Assembly (NCBI GenBank): GCA_965246885.1
Contig: OZ251992.1
Location: 3,296,001 to 3,360,000 of the forward strand
Reading direction: 5' to 3'
Origin: Abditibacterium sp.
Lineage (GTDB): Bacteria > Armatimonadota > Abditibacteriia > Abditibacteriales > Abditibacteriaceae
DNA length: 64,000 bases
Each line of letters begins with the position of its first letter. Position 1 is the first letter of the stretch. A model generated the notes under the pieces. That model was not told where the DNA came from. It did no database searches and worked only from the letters and a program-made list of their open reading frames with translations. The translations under genes and the position numbers were made by a program. Positions 49,296 through 59,096 of the stretch are shown piece after piece.

Positions 49296-49445
49296 CTCCT
49301 TCTTTCTATGCCCGGCGACTGAAGTCGCGGGCAACTCACGGCGAAGCCTCCCTGTGGAGGCTGGAGAGTTGGAAGTGCAGTCGGCGCAGGCCGACTTCGC
49401 CGTCGGTTGCCCGCGACTTCAGTCGCCGGGCATAGAAAGAAGGAG
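49296..49445. repeat. REP/MITE-like element, 40-bp perfect inverted arms with two internal hairpins
   Basis: Arms 49296-49335 and 49406-49445; internal AGCCTCC-CTGT-GGAGGCT and AGTCGGC-GCAG-GCCGACT. Confidence 0.85.
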
Positions 49446-49449
49446 CGGG

Positions 49450-51441
49450 TCAGTGCCCCCGCCGTCGTTTGGGCGCCGACTTGCCGCCTTTGCCGCGCCC
49501 GATGGCGGGATGGGCGGGCGCTTGGCGGCGCGGGGGAGACGGGTTATTAAGCGTGAAGCCGAAGTAAGTGAGTTCCTTGTGCGTTGCCGAGGTCGTGCCC
49601 GCTTCCCCCTCAACTGGCTTGGCGAAGCGGCGAACCAGTTCGAGTGGGAGCGCGGTGCCTTCGATGGCGGCACGGGTTTGGCCCGTCCGGTCGGCGAAAA
49701 AGCGCAGCGTTCCGGCGACGACGGCGTTTGGCGCGCAGACGCTGCGGTTCGAGACGCGCGCGTCCTGCCCGTCGGCAGTGCGCTCGTCCATCACGAGGTC
49801 AAAGGGCATCAGGCGCGCGAGCAGTTCGCGGAAGCGGCGGGTCAACTCCTTATCCGCGAGGGGCATTTGGGCCGGTAAGGGCACGCCCAAGGCACGCAAG
49901 GCGGCGGCCATAGCGAGCGCGGCGTCTTCGATGGCCTTGATGAGCACGCCGCGCTCGGTCGCCCACTTTTCGATGGCGGCGGGGTCGAACAAGTGGCGCG
50001 GCAAGCCGTAGACCTCGCCAACATATCCGGCGCGTTGGTAAGCCTCGGCGTAGACGTTATAGGTCGTGAGGTGGTCGCTACCGGGCACGATGAGGCCGTC
50101 TATGTCGCACTCTTCGCGCGTCATGCGGTGCAGGCTTTCGATGGCGCTCATCACGGCGAGGGCGGGCGCGATTTCCCGCTCGGCGACCAAAAGCTCGGCC
50201 CAAGGGTGGTCAACGGGAAGTGCCTCGACCTGCTTGCCATACTTGGATAAGCGGCCCGCTTGCGTGATAAGTCCGCGCGCTTGCAAGTCGGCGACGGCGC
50301 GGCGGTAGGCGGCCTTGTCGAGACGGATGGGCAGTTCCAACTCGTCGGCGCGCACGCCCAAATCGGCGCAGGTGAGGGCAACGCGTTCGCTGTCGCCCGC
50401 CAGTTGAAACTCCGGCGCGACGGGGCGCAGGCGCGCGAAGTCAATGGCACGCTCGGACAAAATCCACACGCGCCCGCCCGCGACGCGGCCATGCACGCGG
50501 CCCGCCATCTGGAGCATCTCGTTGGGGCCAAGCGGCAAGCGCGTCAGGACGTTGCGCCCATTGGAAATCACGTTGGCAAAGCGCGTGTCGTCAATCACGA
50601 CGGTATCCAGCCCGCGCACGTTGAGCGCGCTTTGACCGGCGGCGGTCATGGTGAGGAGGAAGGGCTTCGTCGCGCCTTCGTCTTCCAAAAACGGGCGCAG
50701 CGTCCGCACCGCTTCGCCGCCGTGATAGAACGCGACGTTGATGTCCGGCGCGGCTTCTTGCGCGACCATTGCCGCCGCTTCGACGCCCGCGCGCGTTGGC
50801 AAAAAGACCCCGACGCCGCGCCGCTCGTCGCGCACTTGCGCGAGATAACGCTCGTCCAAGAACTCGGCGGGCGTGCAGTGAAGAACGTTGACGTTGGCGG
50901 CTTTGTCGGGGTCGAAGGAGTAGACTTGGAGTACCTCGGCGGAGCCGAGGTACTCGCGGTAAAAGCGCGGGTCAACTGTCGCCGACAGCCAAATAAAGCG
51001 GCAACCGGCCCGCTTGCCTAAGGCAAGGCAAAGCTCCAACTCGGCGGAAGTCTGGTGAATCTCGTCCACGACAAGCGTGTCCGCGCCGGTGATGTCGCCG
51101 TCCTGAAACCAGCGCCGCGCGATTCCGGTGGTTACGATGAGGACGTTCTGATTGGGCAGTTCGGGCGTGGCCTCGCGCTCGCGGTTCACGACGCCCACGT
51201 TGAGCGGCGCGCCCAAAATCTCTTCGGCAATGGGCCGCACCGCGAGGGTCTTGCCCGTCCCGGTTCCGGCGATGATGCCAAAGCCCCGGCCCGACCGCGC
51301 CAGTTCGCGGACTTTGTCGCCGTGCGTGCGGGAAAGGTAGGTATCGATGTCGAGCGTAAAGGCGATTTCGATGGTTTCGCACGCCGCGCGGGTGGGCGCG
51401 ATGACGATGACGCGGCCTTTGACGGGGTTCGGAGGAAGCAC
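49450..51441 (-). CDS. DEAH-box (HrpA/HrpB-like) SF2 helicase
   Basis: GTGTGKT, DEIH, SAT, VFLP, QMAGR; probable GTG start 51441. Confidence 0.85.
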   Translation of the reverse strand: MLPPNPVKGRVIVIAPTRAACETIEIAFTLDIDTYLSRTHGDKVRELARSGRGFGIIAGTGTGKTLAVRPIAEEILGAPLNVGVVNREREATPELPNQNVLIVTTGIARRWFQDGDITGADTLVVDEIHQTSAELELCLALGKRAGCRFIWLSATVDPRFYREYLGSAEVLQVYSFDPDKAANVNVLHCTPAEFLDERYLAQVRDERRGVGVFLPTRAGVEAAAMVAQEAAPDINVAFYHGGEAVRTLRPFLEDEGATKPFLLTMTAAGQSALNVRGLDTVVIDDTRFANVISNGRNVLTRLPLGPNEMLQMAGRVHGRVAGGRVWILSERAIDFARLRPVAPEFQLAGDSERVALTCADLGVRADELELPIRLDKAAYRRAVADLQARGLITQAGRLSKYGKQVEALPVDHPWAELLVAEREIAPALAVMSAIESLHRMTREECDIDGLIVPGSDHLTTYNVYAEAYQRAGYVGEVYGLPRHLFDPAAIEKWATERGVLIKAIEDAALAMAAALRALGVPLPAQMPLADKELTRRFRELLARLMPFDLVMDERTADGQDARVSNRSVCAPNAVVAGTLRFFADRTGQTRAAIEGTALPLELVRRFAKPVEGEAGTTSATHKELTYFGFTLNNPSPPRRQAPAHPAIGRGKGGKSAPKRRRGH

Positions 51442-51464
51442 AAGGGAAGTGTGGGGCGCTCCGC

Positions 51465-52286
51465 TTACGTCCGGCGCGCGCGGATGGCGCCATAGCGGAC
51501 TTCCCGCGACGACAGCAAGCGGTAAATGCGCGATCCGGGCATGCCCGCAAAGTCCGCGAAGGGCGCGCGCAGCCACGTCGGGACGTGCCCCAAAATGTCG
51601 CGCTCCTTGGCGGGCGCGATGTAGTCGAGGGCGCGCACCACGTTCGGCGTAATGTCGGTATCGTCCTCGATGGCAAAGCCCGCCGCCACGAACTCCGCGC
51701 GCAACTCGTCCCACTTCGGGCGCGGGCGCATGTCGCACCAACAGAACACGCCGTCCGGCGCGAGCACGCGCGCCACCTCCGCGAGGAACCCCGGCATGGA
51801 CGGGTAGCAATGCGACGACTCCACGTTGACCACGACATCGAACGTGCCCGCTTCAAGCGGCAAAGCGAGGGCGTTGCCCTGCCGAAAGCGCAAGTGCGGC
51901 GCGTCGTGCAGCTTTTGGGCGAGCAGGACGGCTTGCTCGGAGTAGTCCAGCCCCATCATCAAGCGCGGCGCCCGGTGGCGCGCCAGATAATTGGCTCCGC
52001 CGCCCCGCCCCGACCCGACCTCGACCACCCTCTGACCTTCCAAGGGCACCCCGCGCGTCACGCGCTCGTACAAACCGATAAAGGGCCGATCGGCATCGCC
52101 GCGCGCGTCCAACTCAAGGCGTTCGACCACGTCGTCCATGAAGCCGTAGTTCATAAACGTCCAATCGCCCTGCGAATAGCGGCGGGCGAGCAGTTCATAC
52201 CACGCCTTCCACAGGTCGGCCTTGAGGCGCGGGAAAGCGTCGGTTTGCGCGAGGAGTTTGAGAACGGGTTCGCTCAGGGTTTTCAT
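51465..52286 (-). CDS. class I SAM-dependent methyltransferase (fatty-acid/phthiotriol O-methyltransferase-like)
   Basis: FMNYG, VEVGSGRGGG, NVESSHCYP. Confidence 0.85.
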   Translation of the reverse strand: MKTLSEPVLKLLAQTDAFPRLKADLWKAWYELLARRYSQGDWTFMNYGFMDDVVERLELDARGDADRPFIGLYERVTRGVPLEGQRVVEVGSGRGGGANYLARHRAPRLMMGLDYSEQAVLLAQKLHDAPHLRFRQGNALALPLEAGTFDVVVNVESSHCYPSMPGFLAEVARVLAPDGVFCWCDMRPRPKWDELRAEFVAAGFAIEDDTDITPNVVRALDYIAPAKERDILGHVPTWLRAPFADFAGMPGSRIYRLLSSREVRYGAIRARRT

Positions 52287-52310
52287 GGGTCGGGGGAGAG
52301 GGTTCGGGGG

Positions 52311-53723
52311 TTAGCGGCGCTCGATGGTCATCGGCAGGCCGCCATCGGGCAAGACGGAAATCCACGCGCGCGGGGTCACTTCGCGCTCCGGCGCAACAAG
52401 CATCCGGTAACGCTGAAGGAGCGTCGCCAACACGAGCGGGCCTTGCAACAGCGCCAACCCCGCGCCCATGCAAAAGCGCGAGCCGCCGCCAAAAGGGAAG
52501 TAGGTGTATTTGGGACGGTCGGCTTTAACAGCGCCCAGAAAGCGTTCGGGACGAAACGCGTCCGGTTCGGGCCACCAACGCGGGTCGCGGTGCGTCAGCC
52601 ACGACACCAGCACGATGCAGGTGTTCTTCGGGATGAAATGCCCCCGGATGGCGTCGTCCGCCAGCGCTGTGCGCGCGACGGTCGGGATGGGCGGGAACAT
52701 GCGCAGCGTCTCGTCATAGACGGCGCGCAGGTAAGGCAGGTTGGGCAAATCGGCGGCGGTAGGCGTGCGACCGTTTAGCACCTCTTCGAGTTCCGCGACC
52801 AAGCGCGCTTCGGCTTCGGGGTGGCGCGAAAGCAGATACTGCGCCCACACCACGCTTGAAGTCGTCGTGTCCTGTCCGGCGCGCACGAGCGCGTGCATCT
52901 CGCCCGCGATCTCCTCGTCCGTCCAGCCGACGCCATCGGCGTCCGTTGCGCCCATCAGCACGTCCAGCAAGTCGGTCGGTTCGTCGCTCGCCGCGCCGCG
53001 CGCGCGGCGCTCGTCCACGATGTCCCTCATGGCGCGGATAATGGAACCCTTGGCGCGGGCAAAGCGGCGGCGGCGCGGCGACGTCAGGCGCTTGAGGACG
53101 GGCGTGTTCTCGTGCAGCCACACTAAATTCACGTCGGGAAACGCCACGTCGCGGCCCTTTTCGAGCGTTTCTATCTGCGCCCCGAAATCCGTTCCGAGCA
53201 GCATCTTGCCCGCCACACGCAGCGTCAAATCCATTAGCTCCGGCACCATATCGAAGGTGTCGTCCCCACTTTGTAGCCGCTTCTCCCAACGATTCACCGT
53301 CACGCCCGCTTGATCGGTGATGCAGTCGGCCATACCATTCAAGCGCGCGCGGGTAAAGGAGGGCATCTCCAGCTTGCGCCGCATTTTGTGGTCTTGCCCT
53401 TCGGCGGCGAGGATGCACGGCCCGAACATCGTCAAATAGCGCGAGCGCAACATCCCCGCGTTGGGGTAGTTGGCAGAGTTGGTTTCGATGACGTACGCGA
53501 TGTCGTCCGGGTGCGACAACACATGCAGGTCGAAGCGCGACCCCAGTCGGCCCAAGCCCAGCATCTGCAACTTCGACAGGTCGCCGTGTGAATTATTGGC
53601 GTGGTTGAACGCGGTCAGCGAGTTGTGGCGCAGTTCGGGCAAATGGCCGAGCAACCAATGCCCACGCGGGCCGGGAACGGCGGGGAAACGAGAAAACGGC
53701 GCGGGCGAAGCGGAAGAAACCAT
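52311..53723 (-). CDS. cytochrome P450
   Basis: PGPRG, AGQDTT I-helix, ETLR, PERF, FGGGSRFCMG heme motif. Confidence 0.95.
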   Translation of the reverse strand: MVSSASPAPFSRFPAVPGPRGHWLLGHLPELRHNSLTAFNHANNSHGDLSKLQMLGLGRLGSRFDLHVLSHPDDIAYVIETNSANYPNAGMLRSRYLTMFGPCILAAEGQDHKMRRKLEMPSFTRARLNGMADCITDQAGVTVNRWEKRLQSGDDTFDMVPELMDLTLRVAGKMLLGTDFGAQIETLEKGRDVAFPDVNLVWLHENTPVLKRLTSPRRRRFARAKGSIIRAMRDIVDERRARGAASDEPTDLLDVLMGATDADGVGWTDEEIAGEMHALVRAGQDTTTSSVVWAQYLLSRHPEAEARLVAELEEVLNGRTPTAADLPNLPYLRAVYDETLRMFPPIPTVARTALADDAIRGHFIPKNTCIVLVSWLTHRDPRWWPEPDAFRPERFLGAVKADRPKYTYFPFGGGSRFCMGAGLALLQGPLVLATLLQRYRMLVAPEREVTPRAWISVLPDGGLPMTIERR

Positions 53724-53883
53724 AAAACAGGGCGCACTTTGCGGGAACAAAAACCGTTATAGCTTAACGCACGCGCTTTTCTCGTTCCAAGAGGGGCGTG
53801 GTTTCACCACTGGCATCGCGCACCGAGTCAGCGCCTCTCGTCTTGCCCCAACCGCCTTCCCGCGACCCCAAAATGGTGTGGGC

Positions 53884-54022
53884 GGGCGAAAGAATGAGGC
53901 GCGCCGCCGAAAGAATTAGCTGCATGACGGGAGAATTAGCTAATTCTTTCAGTGACGCGCCTCATTCTTTCAGTGACGCGCCTCATTCTTCCGATGGCGC
54001 GTATGGGTGGGCGAAAGAATTA
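53884..54022. repeat. head-to-head arrays of the 21-nt repeat family also seen at 33.1 kb
   Basis: GAAAGAATGAGGCGC / GAAAGAATTAGCTGC units, palindromic centre AGAATTAGCTAATTCT (53932-53947), then GCGCCTCATTCTTTCAGTGAC units. Confidence 0.8.
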
Positions 54023-54039
54023 ACCCGGCGAATGGCTCC

Positions 54040-54848
<809 letters not shown>

Positions 54849-54852
<4 letters not shown>

Positions 54853-55724
54853 CCCGTCCGCCCCAATTCCGCCCAAGGCAACAGGCGCGGTTGCAAGAAC
54901 TTGAACGCCAAGTCCGTCGCCAAGCCCAAAAGCCCCAAGACAAGGATGCCGACGAAGATTTCATCGGTGCGCAGGAAGCGTTGCGCTTTCATAATGCGAT
55001 AGCCCAAGCCGGAATCCGTCGCCACCACTTCGGCGATAACCAGATACGTCCACGCCCAGCCGATCATGGTGCGGCAGGTTTCCATCAGTCCGGGGAGGGT
55101 CGCGGGAAGCAGGACGTTGAACAAGACTTGGCGGGGTTTGGCGCCGAGGGTGCGGGAAGCGTTGAGCAAATCGCGGGGCACGAGGCGCGTCACATCGGCG
55201 ACGATGATAACCATCTGGAAGTAGGTGCCCAGAAAGATGAGCAAAATCTTCGCGGGTTCGCCGATGCCCGCCGCGACCATCACCAACGGGATGAGAGCCG
55301 GGACGGGGATGTAGCGGATAAAGCCATTGAGCGGCTCTTGCGAGGCCTCGACCCCTTTATACGCGCCGATAAGGATGCCGAGCGGAATGGCGAGGATGGC
55401 CGATGCGAGGAAGCCCGCCGAGATGCGAAAGACGCTGATCTTGATGTCGGGCCACAACTCCCCACCGTGCCAAAGCCGCGCGGCGGACGACAGGACGGCG
55501 GTGGGAGTCGGAAGGATAAGCGGCGACACGCGGCCCGTGTAGGAAAAGAAACACCATAACGCGAACACAAGCACGAAGGTGGTGGCCGAGAGAATCCAAT
55601 ACAGCATCGGAGACAGTTCCCCGCCCAGCTGGAACGGGGACGCGCGGCGGCGCGGCGCGGCGCGATTGGCAACCGGCGCGGCGGACGCGAGGGAAACGTC
55701 GGCGTCAAGGGAGTGGGCTTGCAT
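54849..55724 (-). CDS. ABC transporter permease (NitT/TauT family)
   Basis: RYIPVPALIP, SRTLGA loop, GWAWTYLVIAE; start may be 55751. Confidence 0.9.
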
Positions 55725-55756
55725 GGGTGGGTGTGGGTGAGGAGCGATCATATCTC

Positions 55757-55870
55757 CCCGGCGACTAAAGTCGCGGCAACCCACAGCAAAACCTCCCTGC
55801 GGAGGTTGTAGGCGTTTACAGTCCGCGTAGGCGGACTTTGCTGTGGGTTGCCGCGACTTTAGTCGCCGGG
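55757..55870. repeat. second copy of the 49.3-kb REP/MITE family, 34-bp perfect inverted arms
   Basis: CCCGGCGACTAAAGTCGCGGCAAC..; internal AACCTCC-CTGC-GGAGGTT and AGTCCGC-GTAG-GCGGACT. Confidence 0.85.
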
Positions 55871-55875
55871 AGCAA

Positions 55876-56982
55876 CTATTTGTAATCGTAAGGCGCGGCT
55901 TTGCCCAAGCCCTTGGCGAGCGAGGCTTTGACGAACTTCGGCTCGACGGCGGCGGCGTAGTCGGGCATCTTCGTTACTTGTCCGGCTTTGACGAGGAACT
56001 CGGAGTTGGACTGGCCGCTCGTGTAAAGCGAAGTGAGGGCGCTTGATTTCTGCATGGCGGCGAGCGATTCGGGCGCGGAGAAGATTTTCGTGCCCTTCAC
56101 GAACGCTTTGTAGTCGTTGATGGGCGTGTCGGTGCGCTTGGCGAGGATTTTGATGGCGGCGTCGGGGTTCTTTTTCCACCAATCTATCGCGTCGTACCAC
56201 GCGTCCACAATCTTCTGCACATCTTCGGGCCGCTTTTCGACGATGTCGGACTTGATTACGAGCAGGTCGGGAATGGCGCCGGGAACGTCCTTGGAGGTGA
56301 AGAGCGCCTTGGAGCCTTTGACGTCTTTGAGAATCTTGTCGAGCGATGGCTCCCACACAACGGCGGCATCCACTTGTTTGGACAGCATCGCGGCGGGGCA
56401 ATCTTGCACTTTGATGTTGGTGAACTGGATGTCCTTTTCCGTCATGCCGTTCTTTTCGAGGGCCTTGAGCAGCAGGAAGTGGTCGACGGTGCCAAGCTCG
56501 GTGGCAACTTTCTTCCCCTTGAGGTCTTTGACGGAGCCGATACCGGGGCTGGCCAGAAGCGCGTCGTTGCCGAAGGAGTTGTCGTTGACGAGGACGGCTT
56601 TTAGGGGAAGCCCTTGCGCGAGAGGCGCAAGGGAGTCTCCCCAAGTTTGGCAGTTGGCGTCAACGGCGCCCGCCGAAAGCGCGCTGATGGAATCGGAGTA
56701 GTTCGGAAACCACTTCAGCTTGACATCGGCGCCGCGCTTTTTGAAGAAGCCTTGCTGCTCGGCGATGTCCCACGCGACCCAGCCGGGCCAATCGGAATAG
56801 CCGATGGTGATGGCATTGGCGTCGCCGGTGTCGGCTGAGGTCGAAGCGGGATTGCTCGCGGCGTTGCCGGGGGCGGCGGCGTTGGCAGAGGGCGCGGCAG
56901 TGTTGTCGGTAGACGGAGAGGAGCATCCGCCGATGAAGGCGAGGCCGAGAGCGAGGACTGGAGCGAAGTGTTTGGCTTGCAT
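55876..56982 (-). CDS. ABC substrate-binding lipoprotein (SsuA/THI5-like; probable guanidine-related ligand)
   Basis: Lipobox IGGC, IGYSDWPGW, DNSFGNDA, VWEP; divergent from the guanidine catabolism operon. Confidence 0.88.
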   Translation of the reverse strand: MQAKHFAPVLALGLAFIGGCSSPSTDNTAAPSANAAAPGNAASNPASTSADTGDANAITIGYSDWPGWVAWDIAEQQGFFKKRGADVKLKWFPNYSDSISALSAGAVDANCQTWGDSLAPLAQGLPLKAVLVNDNSFGNDALLASPGIGSVKDLKGKKVATELGTVDHFLLLKALEKNGMTEKDIQFTNIKVQDCPAAMLSKQVDAAVVWEPSLDKILKDVKGSKALFTSKDVPGAIPDLLVIKSDIVEKRPEDVQKIVDAWYDAIDWWKKNPDAAIKILAKRTDTPINDYKAFVKGTKIFSAPESLAAMQKSSALTSLYTSGQSNSEFLVKAGQVTKMPDYAAAVEPKFVKASLAKGLGKAAPYDYK

Positions 56983-57029
56983 TGGCTGTTTAAAGTTGAA
57001 AACAGCGCAGCACGCAAGGGACTGAAGAA

Positions 57030-57160
57030 GCCGGATGGCTCTTTCAAACGGGCCTTTTCGGTGCCGCACTGGGTTGGTGCGGCCCAGAATGCAGCGTCGT
57101 GGGTCAGGCAAACCGGGAGGGGCGCCTGTCTTCCGTTCGGTTCCGAGCCTGAAAGCGCGC
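57030..57160 (-). ncRNA. candidate cis-regulatory structured RNA (class unassigned)
   Basis: 5' leader of the SBP gene with complementary pairs CUUUCA/UGAAAG, GGCUC/GAGCC, CAGGC/GCCUG and hairpin GCCGCAC-N7-GUGCGGC. Confidence 0.5.
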
Positions 57161-57395
57161 CTTGCCGGGGCAAACGAACTTTCCCCAAACATTGTGAAGG
57201 CCGCGCGTTTCGGCGGCGTTTCAAGTGCGGAAATTTTGGCGACGGTGCTTGGCGACGGGTTCGCGCTTAAGCGTTTCCGGCGCATTTCGCGGACGTAAAT
57301 TGTTCGCGGAAGCGGGCGTGGGGTCTTGTGGAAAGGCGCGGGGCGGTGTAACTTTTGGCGGTGATCAAGAAAGCGGCGCCTCGTGTGTTCGCTTT

Positions 57396-57492
57396 GGTGA
57401 CTATGGTTCCGGCCCGCCAAGCGCGGGCGTCTGGTCAAAGAGTTACCGGCTTCCTTTGGGGAGTTACACGGCGGGATAAAAGCCCGGGAGAG
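57396..57492 (+). ncRNA. guanidine-I (ykkC-yxkD) riboswitch
   Basis: CTATGGTTCCG..GTCTGGTCAAAGAG..TTACACGGCGGGATAAAAGCCCGGGAG; upstream of cgdAB and the carboxylase. Confidence 0.92.
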
Positions 57493-57531
57493 ATCGCCCG
57501 CGCGGGCGTTCGTCGCCCTGCCCTACTCCAC

Positions 57532-58272
57532 ATGCCGATTTCACCCGACACCCCGCCCGCCTACCTTTGGGAAGAGTTCATCCCCGGCGGCAACCACTTT
57601 TCTTGCCTCGCGCGGCGCGGCACCCTGCTGCGCTTCACAGACGCCGGAGGCGGCGCCAACGCTTCGCTGTCGCTCGTCAATTTCGCCCAAACGACCGAGC
57701 GCCTCAACATCCCCGACACCCTCAAAGGCCAACACACCGCCATGATTACGCGCGGTCACGTCCTTTATTCCGACATGGGCCGCGTTTTGTGTTCCGTCAT
57801 CGAAGACACCGTCTGCTGGCACGACGCGCTCTGCGGCCCCGGCGACGACGCCGACCTCGTCGCTCGCTATGGCAACGTCCGCACCTACGCCGATGCGCGC
57901 AATGACATGTTCCGCTCGGCGCGCGGCGGGCTGCTCATCGAGCTTGGCAAGTACAGTTTGGGCGCGCGCGACCTCGGCCCGACGCTCAACCTGTTCTCCA
58001 AAGTCTCCGTCGAGGACGGCGGGACGCTCCATTTCCACCCCGACAACTCGCGCGCCGGGGATGTCGTCACGCTTCGCTTCGAGATGGACTGCCTCTTAGC
58101 CGTCTCGACCGCGCCGCACCGCCTCGACCCACGCCCCGACTACGCTCCGTCCGGCGTCGGCTTGCGATGCGAACGCGCCCTGCCCGTCACTTCCGACGAC
58201 GAATGTCGCGTTAGTTGCCCGCAAAACGAGCGCGCCTTCCAGAATACGGAGCGATATTACGCGGGAGCTTGA
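57532..58272 (+). CDS. cgdA: carboxyguanidine deiminase subunit A (DUF1989, urea carboxylase-associated)
   Basis: [39 protein letters not shown]. Confidence 0.85.
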   Translation: MPISPDTPPAYLWEEFIPGGNHFSCLARRGTLLRFTDAGGGANASLSLVNFAQTTERLNIPDTLKGQHTAMITRGHVLYSDMGRVLCSVIEDTVCWHDALCGPGDDADLVARYGNVRTYADARNDMFRSARGGLLIELGKYSLGARDLGPTLNLFSKVSVEDGGTLHFHPDNSRAGDVVTLRFEMDCLLAVSTAPHRLDPRPDYAPSGVGLRCERALPVTSDDECRVSCPQNERAFQNTERYYAGA

Positions 58273-58311
58273 AATTTCTCGGAAGCGCGTCTGGCAGGAC
58301 GCTTGGCGAAG

Positions 58312-58379
58312 CCGGATGCCGGGGATTTTATATCCCCGAACTGCTTGGAGAACGGGGGTATGAAACCCCCGGCATCCGG
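58312..58379. repeat. 27-nt imperfect inverted repeat pair (REP-like) between cgdA and cgdB
   Basis: CCGGATGCCGGGGATTTTATATCCCCG / CGGGGGTATGAAACCCCCGGCATCCGG; each arm is itself a hairpin. Confidence 0.7.
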
Positions 58380-58427
58380 GCCTGCGGCCCAAGCGTTCTC
58401 CGAACGCGCTGCCCAAAACCAAACACC

Positions 58428-59078
58428 ATGACCATCCTCAAAAGCTCCTTAAACCCCGCCGACGCCACCGAAAGCGTCCTCTGTCCCCCCGGCGACGGCT
58501 GGTTGCACCTGCTCCGCGCCGGAGAAACGCTGCGCATCGAAGACCTCGAAGGCAACCAAGCCGTTGACACGCTCTTCTACGATGCCAACGACCCCGCCAA
58601 TCGCTACTCCGCCACCAACACGGTCGCGCGCGGCGGCAACCTCTATCTGGGCGCCGGAAGCGAACTTATCTCCGAAGCGGGCGACGTGCTGGCGACCATC
58701 ACCGCCGACACTTGCGGGCGCCACGACACCGTCGGCGGCGCGTGTTCCGCCGAAAGCAACACCGTCCGCTACGCCCTCGACAAGCGCCCGATGCACTCCT
58801 GCCGCGATACCTTTTTGCGCCTCTTGGAAAGCGCACCGCCCGACTTGCCGCGCCTTTCCAAGCGCGACTTGTCCGCCAACATCAACTTCTTTATGAACGT
58901 CCCCGTCTCGCCCGACGGCAAGCTGCGCTTCGAGGACGGCATCTCCGCGCCGGGGAAATACGTCGAAGTGCGGGCGCAAATGGACTTGCTCGTGCTCATC
59001 TCCAACTGCCCCCAACTCAACAACCCCTGCAACGCCTACAATCCCACCCCCATCCGCCTGTTGGTCTGGAGCGCCTGA
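58428..59078 (+). CDS. cgdB: carboxyguanidine deiminase subunit B (DUF1989)
   Basis: [43 protein letters not shown]. Confidence 0.88.
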   Translation: MTILKSSLNPADATESVLCPPGDGWLHLLRAGETLRIEDLEGNQAVDTLFYDANDPANRYSATNTVARGGNLYLGAGSELISEAGDVLATITADTCGRHDTVGGACSAESNTVRYALDKRPMHSCRDTFLRLLESAPPDLPRLSKRDLSANINFFMNVPVSPDGKLRFEDGISAPGKYVEVRAQMDLLVLISNCPQLNNPCNAYNPTPIRLLVWSA

Positions 59079-59096
59079 GGCGCGGCCTTCCTTCCC

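Noticed and set aside
57236..57258. Direct repeat TTGGCGACGG x2 in the divergent guanidine promoter region
   Set aside because: Too short and GC-rich to call an operator; no proper sigma-54 spacing.
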